This document shows positions 50,780 through 64,000 of a DNA stretch of 64,000 nt, one piece after another. The first letter of the stretch is position 1. Each line of letters begins with the position of its first letter. Below the pieces are notes generated by a model. It had not been told where the DNA came from and did not search any database. It saw only the letters and a program-made list of their open reading frames with translations. The stretch lies in the NCBI GenBank assembly GCA_030390025.1, contig CM059430.1, positions 43,338,001 through 43,402,000 of the forward strand. The letters are read 5' to 3'. The DNA comes from Squalus acanthias (taxonomy: Eukaryota). The position numbers and the translations under genes were made by a program.

Positions 50780-51165
50780 GCTGAACTCAGCTGGTTAAGA
50801 ATGAACAGCTGAGCCAAACAGACCAGGAGGCTCCAGTTTTGATCTTCAGTCTATGATGATCTCAGCCAGGGCAGTGATAGGGGCACTATAATTGGCCACA
50901 ATATGCCTGGGTTAGAGAGCAGAGAAAATTCAGTCAGGGTTCCAGCTGCTGATTGCTATCCAGGTAACCCTGCTGGAAGAGCATGTTTGTGGATGTCAGG
51001 TGAGAACAGGATTGGGTTTGCTGCGATTCCCAGTGAGGTCAAATAGCTGCCAAAACTCAGTGTCTGGGCTTACATATGAAGAATAATGACGCGTTTCGGT
51101 GTTGGTGAAAGCTTACCCTCAGCAAAGAGTTAACTAACGCAATCAGGAGAGGAGGGGGAGAGTAG
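50780..51165 (+). mobile_element. tRNA-headed SINE family B
   Basis: ctcagctggttaa...ctgagccaaacagaccaggaggctccagttttgatc head; body shared with three other copies in the window. Confidence 0.6.
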
Positions 51166-51699
51166 AGATAACTGGTTGAAGGTGGAGGGAAGAAAAGAAT
51201 TGCTTAAAGTAGAAAACATCTGGAGAGAAAACAGGGAGTAGGACAGATAAGCCAATGGCGGTACTGTTTGTAGCAGAATTGACAAGAAGGAGCATCATTC
51301 ACAGATATCACTAACTGATGGGCTTTCCCAGGTTGCTTTACTGTAACATAGATGTTTAAGCAGTACTGACTTACTACTAGATATCACTGGTGGCCTTATA
51401 AAGATTTGTATGGGCAACTGCTGGCACTTAAAGGGAACCGAATCCCTTGATATTGGTTGAACTTTTATCAATACAGATACCTACAGTTCTCCACTCTGTA
51501 GCTTTGCCAATGCATGGCATTTGTCAATTTCAATGGGAGATTTCCAACTACACTTTATTGCTGGGCCACCAACAGTAGGTCTAGCAATGTGCAATATACA
51601 AACGAACATTTATGTCTAAATCATATATCAAGTTAGGTACAAATTTATTAACAGAAATGCAACATCATCTTCACTACTTTTCATTTTCCTGATATCTCA

Positions 51700-51843
51700 A
51701 ACATTTGAAAAGAACTAATTTGCAGGGTTATGGGGAAAAAGCTGGAGTGTGGGTCTAAATTGGACAGCTCTTTCAAAGAGCCGGCACAGACACGACGGGC
51801 CGAATGGCCTCCTTCTGTGCTGTAAGATTCTATGGTTTTATGA
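51700..51843 (+). mobile_element. CR1-type 3' end
   Basis: gcagggttatggggaaaaagctggagtgtggg...gggccgaatggcctccttctgtgctgtaagattctatg. Confidence 0.7.
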
Positions 51844-51850
51844 TCACTCT

Positions 51851-52150
51851 CGGGCCGATTTTAACTCCCGGAGGGAAGTGGGGGAGCAGACAACCATCCT
51901 GCATGGGGGATGATGGAGAACCCGCATGGGAGTGTGAGTCACAGGCCCGGCAGATTTTGAATGCTGCCGATCAGTTGTTTCCGGCAGAAAGCGGCAGCTG
52001 GCCGGCAGAGGAGGGCTAAGATCGGGACAGACGGTGTTTTTGGGCTTAATAGGACAACTGTCCCTTTAAGAAGTAGGAGGGGGTGGAGGAAGGGAACCTA
52101 GGGTGCCGGGTAGAAGATTCATTATGGAAGCAGGCCACTGGCCTTGAAAG
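51851..52150. mobile_element. Partial Harbinger-like MITE (left end)
   Basis: Starts with TIR-like cgggccgattttaactc; body resembles 6575-6780. Confidence 0.5.
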
Positions 52151-53030
52151 GGAGTCTTCTGTTTTTGTTGAAAGACAACAAAATTGATGATTTTATAAAG
52201 AGACAGAATAGATTCATTAATTTGAGCCACAGCATAAAGCATCTGGATTGTGAAATGCAATGCAAATCTTGGCCCAACTGTTCAGCCTCATCTTCTGGGG
52301 TTGTTCCATAATCGAGCCATAAGCAGTTAATGTGAGCAATTTTGTATGTATTGCTCAGCCATCCTTAATATAGAGAAGCAACTGCCTCTTCATGATAAGG
52401 GTAATTTTCTGTTAAGTGTTTCGTTTTCCAGTCCATATCCCCTTTCTCACCACTGCAAATGCTAATCTGTTAATTGCTCATCTATCCTCTTGTCTAGACA
52501 GTGTACATATCCTATTGTAACCAGTCTTAAACCAGCAATATAAATTCATTTTTGTTTTTCAGTACGCTTCTTTAAGTGTTTTAAAAAAACTGTGAGGAAT
52601 CAGTAGTATAATAGCACACTGTAACAGAAAAATTCATCTGCTCCAAAACGCAGCCAGTGCTGATATGTGATACATTCTTCTCACTGATCACAATCATACT
52701 AGTGCTAGCGATTAGTCTGATTATTATCAAATGGTAAATAAATAATACTGCCAAACCTGCAATTTCCCCAATTGCTAATCGCCAATAGTACAGAACTATT
52801 GCTGTGTTTTGTAAGTACAGCTGGCTTTTGAGAAGGTGGCACAGCTGACTTTGCCATCTCTTTCCCACTTTTCTGATCTGTGTTGTGAGTGGCAAAAAAG
52901 TCAGCGGGAAGTCTGCCTCATCGCCACTGCCACTACCAAAGTAGTGTCTTTCAGTTAAGGTAGCTATACTTACGTCCTGGAACATGAATTGAGCTAAATC
53001 TAAAATACATACGTACAATTCTTTAAGCAG

Positions 53031-53499
53031 TGTCAGCTGTGGCTCAGTTGGTAGCACACTCGCCTCTGAAGGTTGTGGGTTCAAGTCCCACTCCAGGGAC
53101 TTGAGCACATAAAGCTAGGCTGACACTCCAGTGCAGTGCTGAGGGAGTGCTGCGCTGTTGGAGGTGCCGTCTTTCAGATGAGACGTTAAACCGAGGCCCT
53201 GTCTGCTCTCTCAGGTGGACATAAAAGATCCCATGGCACTATTTCGAAGAAGAGCAGGGGAGTTATCCCCGGTGTCCTGGCCAATATTTATCCCTCAACC
53301 AACATAACAAAAACAGATTATCTGGTCATTATCACATTGCTGTTTGTGGGAGCTTGCTGTGCGCAAATTGGCTGCCGCGTTTCCCACATTACAACAGTGA
53401 CTCCACTTCAAAAGTACTTCATTGGCTGTAAAGCGCTTTGAGACGTCCGGTGGTCGTGAAAGGCGCTATAGCAATGCAAGTCTTTCAAGTCTTTCTTTC
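53031..53499 (+). mobile_element. Full-length young DeuSINE
   Basis: A box tggctcagttggt, B box ggttcaagtccc, complete Deu core and tail; CpGs retained. Confidence 0.9.
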
Positions 53500-53509
53500 A
53501 TTGAGCATT

Positions 53510-54430
53510 CCTTTTTCCCCCCAACTTTCTCTCCTCCATCTTTTGAAGGTGCTGATTCATGGTGGTCTATAGTTCCACAGCTATAGGCCAACCTCCACTA
53601 CCTAGCCTTCATCCAATGTGCCCAGAGGTAATTTCCAATACAAGTCACTGCAGTAACAGGGAGCAAGGGGACCAAGGCAAGCAGCACACCGTCCTGATCT
53701 TGGCAGCATGAGGCCTGGATAATTTTAACTCCCGAGTCTCCTATGCATGACCCCGGACAGTTGCCCTGCTGAAACTGGCGGGAAGTGGAGTGTTGGGTGG
53801 CAGGAGGCCGACCAAAGGAACGGAACTTGGTACTCTGATCGGGGGCTGGGGGGCTGAAGCCCAGGGCAGGGGAGGCCTAAACTATCCTTGTGGGTCCCAG
53901 AGGAACATTTGTACTCTCACTGGCTTCCCAAAGAAAGGAAAGAAAAATTTCAAAAATTACCTGTTTTCTTCCAGCCCTTTCTCTTCTTCCCGTTAGGTTC
54001 ACCTGGAAGAAAAGCCACAACGGCTTCCCCACTCATGTCACTGGTTAAAATAGCAGTCTGACGCCGATAATGTCATCGGAGCCGGATCTGCATGTTTAAA
54101 GATGGAGCCCGCTGGTTTCTGCCGGGCGTCCTTTCCACCTGCTCAGAAGAATAGGTTAAAATAGAAGACTGCAGGAAGGAGAGGGAGGTCAGCGTGTAAG
54201 TCTCCCGGGCAATGTTAACTGCCCCTCTGCCTGGTTTCCCACCAGGTTATAATTGCTCATTGGATGTCAACTAAAAGCAGGAATCCTGTCTGATTTTTCC
54301 CTTCCTAGCCCGACGTATTGAGGACAACTATCGTCCTGACTGAGATCAATACACATAGCAAGGATTGGGGAACTTCATGGTCTGCATGGCTCAGTTGCAC
54401 ACTGGCAGTGCGCTTAACAAATGAGCCATC
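53510..54430 (-). mobile_element. SINE family B copy split by a MITE at about 53715-54260
   Basis: SINE head at 54330-54430 and tail at 53510-53680; MITE ends ctggataattttaac / gttataattgctcat, with internal ggttaaaat motifs. Confidence 0.55.
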
Positions 54431-57400
54431 AAGGCAGCTAAATATATTAAATGGGTGACATTACCTCCCACTACTCCCGGTAATGGTTTCCATCCCAATG
54501 CTTGATATTTTTTAATGTAGTCTATAAAAGGAGTGTTCAATTTTTCACAAGTAGTGAAAAGTTTCTGCTCCTGCATGATCACTTGCCAGAGACAGAATCA
54601 CTCCCTCATGATAACAGTTTGATTAGCACGTATTGGGGTACTGGTGAAAGAGCGGAGCAACTCACGCCAATTACAGCCAATAATCCGTTGTCTTGTGACA
54701 TTAAGACTGGAAGATTTTTTTGCCTTATTGGCTGTTCTTACTGGGTGTACACGACCATAAAAAAATCATGCAGTAATAGAGACTTGTTTATATCGCCATT
54801 TGCAGAGCTGATAATTGCACAAAATTTGCTGTCACAACACAATATTTAACTAAAATTATCTGAGGATAACTTAATGTGCCCGTGCTGTCAAAAGTGTCAG
54901 CTTTCCAGTAACAACTGCCTGACATAAACGGTTAAGGAAATAGCACAATTACTGAAATATCCTAGAGGAATAGCATGCATTTTCATGAGTGTCTCTGCAT
55001 GACAGTGAGTGCTGAAGCAGGCAGCCTTTCACTGCCAGTCGAGTTGGCAAAAAACAAGCTCTCTTCCCTGAAAGACAATTAGAATCAATTAAATTAATTA
55101 AATGGAGTTCTACATGGTTAAAACATGGGCAGAGGTTCAGAACATTGGCATTTAGAATTATAACAATCTTGTGGCTGGCAAAATATGTCATGACGCTGCA
55201 CTCAGGTCAAGTGCGCATAACTTTTCCTCAAATGTTTCCTTTTGTCAGGGTGTTCAACATTTGTTGTTCAGACTGAATTGTCTCATGAATTTTTGACGAG
55301 AAAATACCGTATCGAGCGGTATATTGATACGGTATGCAGTTCAATGTGCAAAATATTTTCTTTCAAAAAGAAAATGGCTTATGTATAGACATCTCAGTCT
55401 GTCACTTTTTTAAAAAAAACTATACAGTTACTGCAAAATCTGAATAACTGAAAAGTAAATCTTTAATGCCTTTTGGAAACCATCCAGATGTATTTACGCG
55501 TGTTATACGACGTTAAAATTAGCCCAACCAATTGTATCTGTTTGTTTCTGAAATGTAGCCCGCAGCGTGGCAATGCTGATCAAACTTTTAGTCACAATTA
55601 TTGTACCATTACTAATCCTTTTACTTCTTACTGTGCCTCTGCATCTTTCAATTACAGATTTTACCATTGGAAAAGTGCCGGCAATATAAATTGTAAATAC
55701 TGCATAAAGATTAGATGGAAACAGTTAGGCTTGTTCATTTGTTGACTAACTATCAGAGAACTATGTGGAATTCGCCAAATGGGCATCTTAATAGCCACAC
55801 AAATAAAATTCAGCTAAACTTAATGTTTTTATGATGACAGAGCACCGATTTTCATCAGAAACAATCTATTATACTTATCAATGTCATTCAGAAAAACTTT
55901 TTAAAAATCACTGAAATATACTCCTTAAGGCTGCATCTTCAACTTCTTCATTCCAAAATTCCACAGTCCTTGCCCTTTAGCGAACTGACGTATTTCTTGT
56001 GCCATGAATTTTTCAAAGGCATATCTATCATGATGCAATTTTCTCCCCTCTTCATTTACTTTTAAAGGGTTAAACAGGCTATTTATTTGGCTGTCAAGTT
56101 TCCGCATCCCGAGTTTTCAAAACGTCTAGTCTAGTTTTGTTCAGTATCGACACTTGTCTGCATGGTCTGTTGTTGTTAGCATCGTGTAATATCCATGACA
56201 ATCGTGTTGTGGCTTTCAGCGCTCTGTAGTGCTAAATCTAAGAGGCCATTTCTAGCCCGTAAAGGGCTTTATTTATGTGTATTTGAAAGAGTCTGGTGAA
56301 GGGCTCTCTTCTTAAAATCCTCTTCAGCAGGTCATCGTATTTTCAAAAGGCTTTAAATGAAGAGGCAGTGATCAGTACTTCCATCACGTTCTAATAGACT
56401 GACATGGGCATTTGGGTTTGAAAGAGGGGGGATAAAAAATTGACGCAGATTTGCCCTAAATTGGCCTGACGCACAAAGCAATGAGTGCAATTGACTGGCA
56501 AGCTAACCCCTCACACCCCTTCACTTCTAACCGCTGCTGCACAATAAGAAAGCCGTGGGAAGCTGCTTGGGAGCACAGCGTATCCATTTTCATGGCCCAT
56601 ATGGAAATTTTGTTTTGTGTACAGAGAAAGTGTCTGATAACAGTGACCTTAACTGCCATATGTGTTCAGTGAATAGTAAACAGAGCAAAGCAGTCCGGCT
56701 CTCTGACCCTTAGCATATGGGCATCTATTCCGGAGGAGGGCTTTTCACAACACATCCGCTTTCACTGCCATCTTGCCTAGTGCCTGGGGGATTTCACTAG
56801 ATTTGTTAATGAATTGCTCTATTGACTCATATCTGAGCTTGCCTCATTAGAGTTGAAGAACAAAATTTTTATCTATGTTTCCTTGAAGGAGACCAGAATG
56901 CCTCTCTTTGTCAGGAGGTGTTAAATCCTGAGAGCCGTCATCTGCTGCTGAGCTGATTTATTTTGTCAGTTTAAGAATGTTCTCTGGTGTTCATTGATGC
57001 TGAAGCCCGGCCTCTTCAGATCAACCTTTTTTCACAAGTTTAAAAAAAAAAGTTTTTAAAGCCAGTGTCTGGTTTACAAATAGTTGAACACGATGTCACC
57101 CTGGCGATGGCTGTTTTCACTGTGCCAAGCGCAAGTGCATACAGCAGGTCTCCATAGCACATAACCACCTGTCATGAAATGCTTTTTATGTGGTCGCAAC
57201 ACAAGTACAACCTTGCACCATTCATCTTCCCCACCCCCTATCACTCAGGAAGCATAGTACATTTTGGTTTGTTAGCTTTAATACACAGCGTTTGCAAACA
57301 GACTGTGGAAAAAAAAAACCTCTCCAGCTGCATGCCAAACATCCAGGCACTGAAACTGTTGGCACCAGATTACTGAGTGAAAGATTTGGAAACTCATTTA

Positions 57401-58524
57401 ACTAAATGCATATCAGAAATGCAAGATCTGCCCTGCTTTAATATGCTACTCACAGTGTAGAATAACAGACACCTGACGCTGTGTTACAAGGCTGCAACAT
57501 AATTGAGGGGTTCACATGATGTCATAAATTGTGAGAATTAAGTTTGAGTGATTAATACAGACATTTGAAGCTTGAAACTTTGTTCCAGTCTTGTAATGCG
57601 TTATCAGGGATCGCTTGATTTAATTAATACATGCAATTATAATCCTTATTATACGAGTTTTAAAAGTGGTGCAAAATTCAGCTACACCAGTGCGCTGTGG
57701 TAGTTAGCTTGCTGCGCTGCTGTTACTGTGCAGGTCGTGTCTCCCCACATTTTCGGTATTGTATTTCTGTTTTCATGTTTTAAAGTTATGCAGAGGAACA
57801 ATCAAGTTCTGAGATTCTTCATTTGACTGCAGCAGCTTTCACTTTGTGGAACTGCATAAGTATACATTTGTTTTAAGTAACAGTTTACACCAGCATGTTA
57901 GAATGATGAAAGCAAAAAGTGAACGAACATTTTGATAAAAGCAGACTGGTTGTTATGGGGTTATAAAGTTAATTTTTGTATGTAATATAGAATAAAGTCT
58001 TGTACGAAGTAACATAAATGGGAGTAGAAAAGTGTTGATTATTATAAGTGTTGAATAATGACTTGACTGCTTAACCTGTGATTTACCATGGTGGCTCACT
58101 AGTTGGGTAGTTAAGGTATTCACTGCCTCTGCGCAGAACTTTCTGTTAATGTCATTTAGGTTTCTTTCTTTAAGTGTTGACAAAAGTCAAAAGTTTTGAT
58201 ATTAAAATTAAAGGAAGGAAAAAAAAGTAATTTTTAATCAGTGTGCTTGGATTTGTGCAGATGGAGTGGAACCCTGTACCTCTCAGTGACACAGCTCAAC
58301 ATTCAGCAGTTACTGTTATTTACTGCAGGCTCAGATACTGTGTTATTCAATCAGTCTCTGGCGAATCGCTCCTCGAGCTCAGCCAATGCCATTCTTGAGC
58401 CGGCTGCGAAGAGATGCTCAAGAGTGACACAGCATGACTTATCCTCTGAATTTCCTTCTTTATCTGTGGGGTAAAAATATGCCCAGCACTTGGCTCCTTC
58501 CCAGACACTCTGCTGGCTACCATC

Positions 58525-58928
58525 TATTTTTTTCCCCTACATCCTGAAAGTCCTTACTGTTTGAGGGTATGGTTTCACATGCATGAACAACTTTCCAATA
58601 CCTCATTCAAATGGCCATTTTTCAAATATGAGCCAAGCCTATGAGTTTGGGCAGACTATTCAACTATAGGGGCACCACAACCATGCCTAACCTTCTCCTC
58701 ATCCAATAAGCACATCTGCACACATTCCAGCAGTGGTCACTGAATTGAGGTCAGGAGTGGGTATATTGGTTGATTATTTTTTCCTCCCTAGCCAAGGACA
58801 CATTGAGGCCCCATTCTCAGCCTGTCTACAATTGGGTAATTCAGCATGGACTAGGGTTGAATCTGGACACGTCCTAGACCGTATGGCTCAACCCCACACT
58901 AAATAGTACATTTAGTAATGGAGCCGAC
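58525..58928 (-). mobile_element. SINE family B copy
   Basis: Colinear with the reverse complement of 50780-51165. Confidence 0.6.
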
Positions 58929-61900
58929 AGATGAGGCAAAAATGAATACTATTGGGCGCCTTTCAAAAAAAGGGGTGGAAATTGGAGCTAAGAAAGAAAA
59001 AATGAATATTAAACATAAAAAACAGCAGTGATTTTAAGGCACCAATTCAATCTTACAATCTGTGATATCATCGGAACCACTCAATTCAATTACTAGCATG
59101 TAACTCACTGCCGAATTACTCTTTATTAATATATACAGGTTTCCATTTTGCTGTTCATTTTCATTCCTTTTGTTGCTGCCACTAAGTTTTGTAGCTTAAA
59201 TTTGGAACGTCTGCAGCTTCCACCATAGTTTATCATTCGGATCGGGATTACCTGTGGCAGTGGAATACCATCACATGGCAGGAAGAGAGGGCAAGGCAGA
59301 AATGTCTTTAGCACAAGACTATTTTATGTCTTGTATATACTGTACGAGAAGAATGCGATGTGCTTCAATTGTTCTTTTGCTCATGTAAATGGCCAGCAGT
59401 AGCTCTCATTAACCATGGCCCTTCCTACTCTTGAAAGAGCAGTCATGTTCCATCTCCATTACTGCTGTAAATTGCCAGATTTATTCCATATACTTGAGGT
59501 CAGCATTTCTGCATGTTACAAAAAACTGAAGCAGTGCCCGTAGCTTTACCAATAATAATGTTTTGCGTTTTAAATTTTAGAAATATTGAACTTCTCAGTG
59601 TCTTTCTTGTATGATGCATGGTAGCTATAATAAAAACAATGTATAACATTTGCAGAATTTCTGTAATTATTTGCACTTAACTATTTATTCAAGAAATGGA
59701 TGGAGGAACAATAAGCAGTAGGACCCGTGGCTGAACATGTAATATGAATAGCAGGTTAGATAAATATTAGGACATCAAAATATTAGATGGTAATATTAAG
59801 TAAGTTACTCAAATAAGATTCGTTCTTCTGTTACTATTTCAACATAGAAAATTTGAATTCCAATGTGATATCTTCATTTGAGCTACACAAAAGTACATTT
59901 AGAATTTTGGATTATACTACAATGAGTATTACACAACTAGCTACTTACTAATATACACTCTATATCCTATACACTGTTTATGTATGTTCACAATGTTAGA
60001 GAGTAAACAGGGCCCTGGCTGAATACTGGATTGCGCCTTTGATCACATCTGCTGTATAATGGTGTTCTCACTCACATGGCATCACACCTCTACTCTTCTT
60101 CCACACTTATGTGAGTGGATATAAATTTACTGTTATCTGTGGCGGTGTAAATGCTGGAGAATTCAGATTGGTTCCTGGTATGGGTGGACCAAACTAACAG
60201 GCTACCATGGAGACACAGAAATGGAAACCTTGCAAATCTGTGCCCACATGCCAGATTGTTCCATTTTCAGATGACTGGTCTTTGGTTAGGGCAGTTCTAG
60301 TTTTGTCTTTTTCTCTCAATACTCTTCTTCTTTAAAAAAAAACACAGCTACATATGTCTTGTATTTTATTATCATGGATTTCACAATCATTATTATAACT
60401 AACAGCAGTAACACAATTTGTGAACAGGCTGTGCGATGATCCCTGGGGAAATATGCTGGATGTAAAATGCGGATAAAGATCACTTTGACGCCTGCATTGT
60501 AAAAAAAAAGATGTGCAAATTTGTTTCCTGAAATTTTGCCAGCACTAGCTGAGCCCAGTGGCTCCGAAAAGTGGTTGATGCTGATTATATTTTACAGGTT
60601 AAAGTTCAGTTGTATTTTCCTTATAAACTTTGTGGCATTAACATCAGTTTCAGGTTTCTATGCAGTGTCTATGACGTAAATAAAACACTAACAGCGAAAA
60701 AAATCTGGGTGGTTTCTCCTCCCTTGGGAGCTACTGCAATCTCAATGGGAGGATGCATAAGGAAAGACCTAGTAATCTCCGCCCAAAGGCAAACAGACTC
60801 TGTACAAAATTGGTGGAAGCCGATGGGTGTTCACACCAGATATTTCACAGAATTTTTATGTGACAAGACAACGATTGTTATTTTTCCCTTTCACTTCTTT
60901 TTTTATTTTACCATCTGTGAGACTCCTGACTTCCAGTTGACCTTGAACCTGTGTTTTTATAGTGGCCATTTCATTCATACGGCTAGCCTACTGCGGTTTA
61001 TTCTGCAGGGCCTTTTCTGCTTGCTCCCTCTTGAGCTTTCAGGGCATTGAAAACTTGGCAGAAAAAAACTTTTAGTCTGATGCACAGCAAAGCTGTAAAT
61101 AACAATAGCAAGGTCTGGCTAATTAAGGGAAAATTAGTTCTGCTTACAGGGGAGGCTACATCCTCGAAAAAGCTGCTATGCTTCAAGAGACTGGGCAAAT
61201 CAACATCTTAATGAACAGTCATCTATGCTGTATTAGCCTATCTCAGCCAATCTGAAGTGCACCACTAAAATTTGTGAAACAAATTAGGAAAACATTCGAT
61301 CACAAATATTTAGCTGTAGTATAAGCAATTATCTGATGATGCTCAGACTGCTTGCTCTTTCTGTCCCTTTCTTCCCCCTCGGGGTCCCTGTCTTTGTTAG
61401 CTTGCCATGTTGATGTTTCTCAGCTAGTTTTAACTGGTTTTCAATTTATCCCCTGCTTCCACGTCAAATCCTTGGTCTCGCTCACTTTCATTTTAAGCAT
61501 CTCTGCTAATAAGGGCAGCAGAGATGTTTTGTTTTTCTGTCAATGCAATTTTGTTATACTTTACTACTTTCAAGCCTAGACAGTCCCTGTTTAGCACTTC
61601 AAATATGTGTTAAATTGAGATTATGGAAATAGCAGACCTCACTGGTCTGGGAGGAAAGTGTTTCATAAAGAAACAAGGGTATTAAAAGAGTTGCCAGTCA
61701 CTTACTGTATGTGTTGATCAGCAGCTGAATGATGTGTCGGTGGCCATGAAGGGCTGCTATATGCAACGGTGTATAGCCCTAGGATTTGAACAGAAGACAA
61801 CAAATTGTAAAGCAGCAAATGCAAATTGCACAATTAGTTGACTACAGAAGTAGAATTGTAATATGCACAGACAAAAGCATTGTATCAAAAGTCTTACACG

Positions 61901-63039
61901 TGTTACTATTTAAGCTGCAATTGGGATAGTATACATTTTAGAATATGTACTAAAAATAATACAAAAAATGGTTACATTTCGCTTCGGTAAAATATCTGTT
62001 TTTACTGATTTTTAACAAATGAGGGGATATTAAAGTTTTTGTCCACTTGCACATTTCAAATAATATTGAGTCGATCAAGATGTAACGTTGAGCCAATCAG
62101 GACTATTTGCAAAGTGAATGGGTCAAGGTTGACTAAAAAATAAATATGGATGGTTGCCGAGGAAAAAATGTAAATTACAAATACCATCAAGGTCAACCGT
62201 AAGAACAAATCTACACAATGCTCACTGCCGTGTTTCTAATTTAATGTACAATTCTAATGAATAAAATTTTTGAAAATGCTGAGAAAAACCCTCATTAAAC
62301 AATTAGATCAACTACAACGGCCTTTTCAGCTCCAGATAGCTGCATTCTCAATCTAAGAATGATTCAAATTTATGCACAGAATTCCAGTGTATTAAATCAT
62401 GTCCCATTCACTCTAAGTATATTGAATATCTAATTCAAGCCTAAATCTTAAATACAAAAATCCTGCTGCCAGCATCAAATTCTTCTCAAACGCTTAGCAC
62501 ATCAAATCCAGTCGTTTCACTGCCAAATTAAAAGTCAGATGACGTTTTGGTGAAATTATGCATCTTTTTCCCAAGAATTTATTGTTTATGTTTAAATTGA
62601 ATTACTGAATTAATGATTCAATGGGCTGAGGTACAAGATTTAAACGTTAGATGGTTTTAGGTGGCGTTCACAGAAATCCTGTCTAAGCATGACAGTTCTT
62701 AACAAATATGTTATAGGTTTATCGAAATTCAGCCATATTCCAACAAATCCCTGTATTACATCATGGGTGGTTGTTGTTTTCGTATCTTCAAACACTTCCC
62801 TTGGAGAACAGTGCGAAGTAGTGGAAGGATTTGCAGACTAATTAACAGTTTGACAGGCCGTGACACGAACGCTCCTTCCATGGCCTATAGGGTGGTAAGT
62901 CCTATACAGCGAGAGGGTTTTTATAGCCTTCCACAACCTATGTGATGAGGGGGGGCCACCCACACTCACTGGACGCAAGTATCCCGCTGGATGCCAACCC
63001 GGAATTCAGAGCCGGAGCTCCAATCACCCCTCGCTGGGA

Positions 63040-63112
63040 CTGCCTGGAGTGAGGTTCAAATCTTGCACCCTCTGACCCAGAGACGAGAATGGTACCACTC
63101 GTTCCATCATGG
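63040..63112 (-). mobile_element. Isolated tRNA-derived SINE head
   Basis: Minus strand tggaacgagtggtaccattctcgtctctgggtcagagggtgcaagatttgaacctcactccag resembles the DeuSINE head. Confidence 0.45.
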
Positions 63113-64000
63113 GTGGTCTAGGAGTACAAGTCAACTTGCAGGAGCTGCCACTGGTTTTGAGAAACACAACTCAGGTTCTGAAAACTCTGAATTTGTACGG
63201 TAATACATTGTGACTAATCTGTGTTAGTATTTCTCACAATAAAAATAATTTCCCCCCAGACAATCCTGGACATATATAAAGTGGGCTAAATGCAAATATA
63301 GATTTTGAAAAATATTACAGGAAGCTTTTCAACATTCTGTAACTTTATTCTTTTTCCTTATATATGCTCTGTGAGAAAAGAAATCGTTCCAGCATAAATT
63401 TTAGTCTGTACCTGATCTGTTATACGTGTTGTTAAAAATTTTAAACGTATCCAGTCAATGGCCAGGGTAATAAAAAAAAGTTTGTACAAAGATATTAGAA
63501 AATAGAGATACGTCTGTTTAATACAATAAGCTTTAGTGAGATACACCAACCAGGTATCATGTTCTCTCAGCATATATGATTCTTAGTAGATTTATGACCA
63601 AAAACTTAGACGCTGCACAACCCAAATTCACTTGATATCGGAATACCTGAGATTTCTGGAATTTGATGTCTTTTTTCCAAGCATTTATTTGCAATTTTTC
63701 CTACTGAGACCTGCACGATACTTAACCAAATTGGTGTCAGTCTCAGTGCACCCCCACCTCTCCTCCACATGACCAGAAGGACTAAGTAGCTGGAATGGCC
63801 TGCCAATGGACATGCCCCTGCTCTGCATAATAACGGAGGAGGAAGAGGAGCGGCAGAGGCAAGAGGCTCTGAGAATGACATGCCATGGTAGAGGACAGCA
63901 GCTCACTCACTATTACCCTTATTGGTGGTGCTGCATTCGCGCTTGTTTTACACTGGTTTTTACATTTCGGCGTAGAAAAATGAGCGCCGCAGGAAATTTC

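Noticed and set aside
53031-53105. tRNA gene (also 12508, 32601, 33308)
   Set aside because: A/B boxes run directly into the Deu SINE body; no complete cloverleaf or Pol III terminator at the expected place.
52581-53108. 175-aa minus-strand ORF
   Set aside because: Starts in antisense SINE sequence; no recognisable domain.
58330-58470. Exon-like CpG-bearing segment with acceptors on both strands
   Set aside because: No recognisable product and no convincing donor; cannot be supported without transcripts.
62717-62894. Possible + exon ending GTG|gtaagt
   Set aside because: Good donor but weak acceptor and an unrecognised peptide; insufficient support.

Overview
This is eukaryotic, AT-rich, repeat-dense non-coding DNA. 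The repeat set points to a cartilaginous fish (shark-like) intron or intergenic region; this is an inference. It comprises CR1 LINE 3' fragments, L2 LINEs, Deu-domain tRNA SINEs, PIF/Harbinger elements and their MITEs, and Penelope-type inverted repeats. I recognise no host protein-coding gene, rRNA, true tRNA or CRISPR array, and most listed ORFs are TE fragments or low-complexity artefacts. The most notable structures: (1) a near-perfect 90-bp Penelope-type foldback with a 12-bp TSD and an apparently intact minimal hammerhead-ribozyme core; (2) a decayed two-ORF Harbinger transposon plus at least six internally diverse TIR elements with 3-bp TSDs, some carrying several strong 5' splice sites and hairpins; (3) two nested insertion stacks; (4) a young CR1 with a tandem double 3' tail; (5) several multi-kb TE-poor, homeobox-motif-rich stretches that look like conserved enhancers. 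Nothing here demonstrates a new biological system; these are leads. Boundaries of old repeats are approximate and read by eye.
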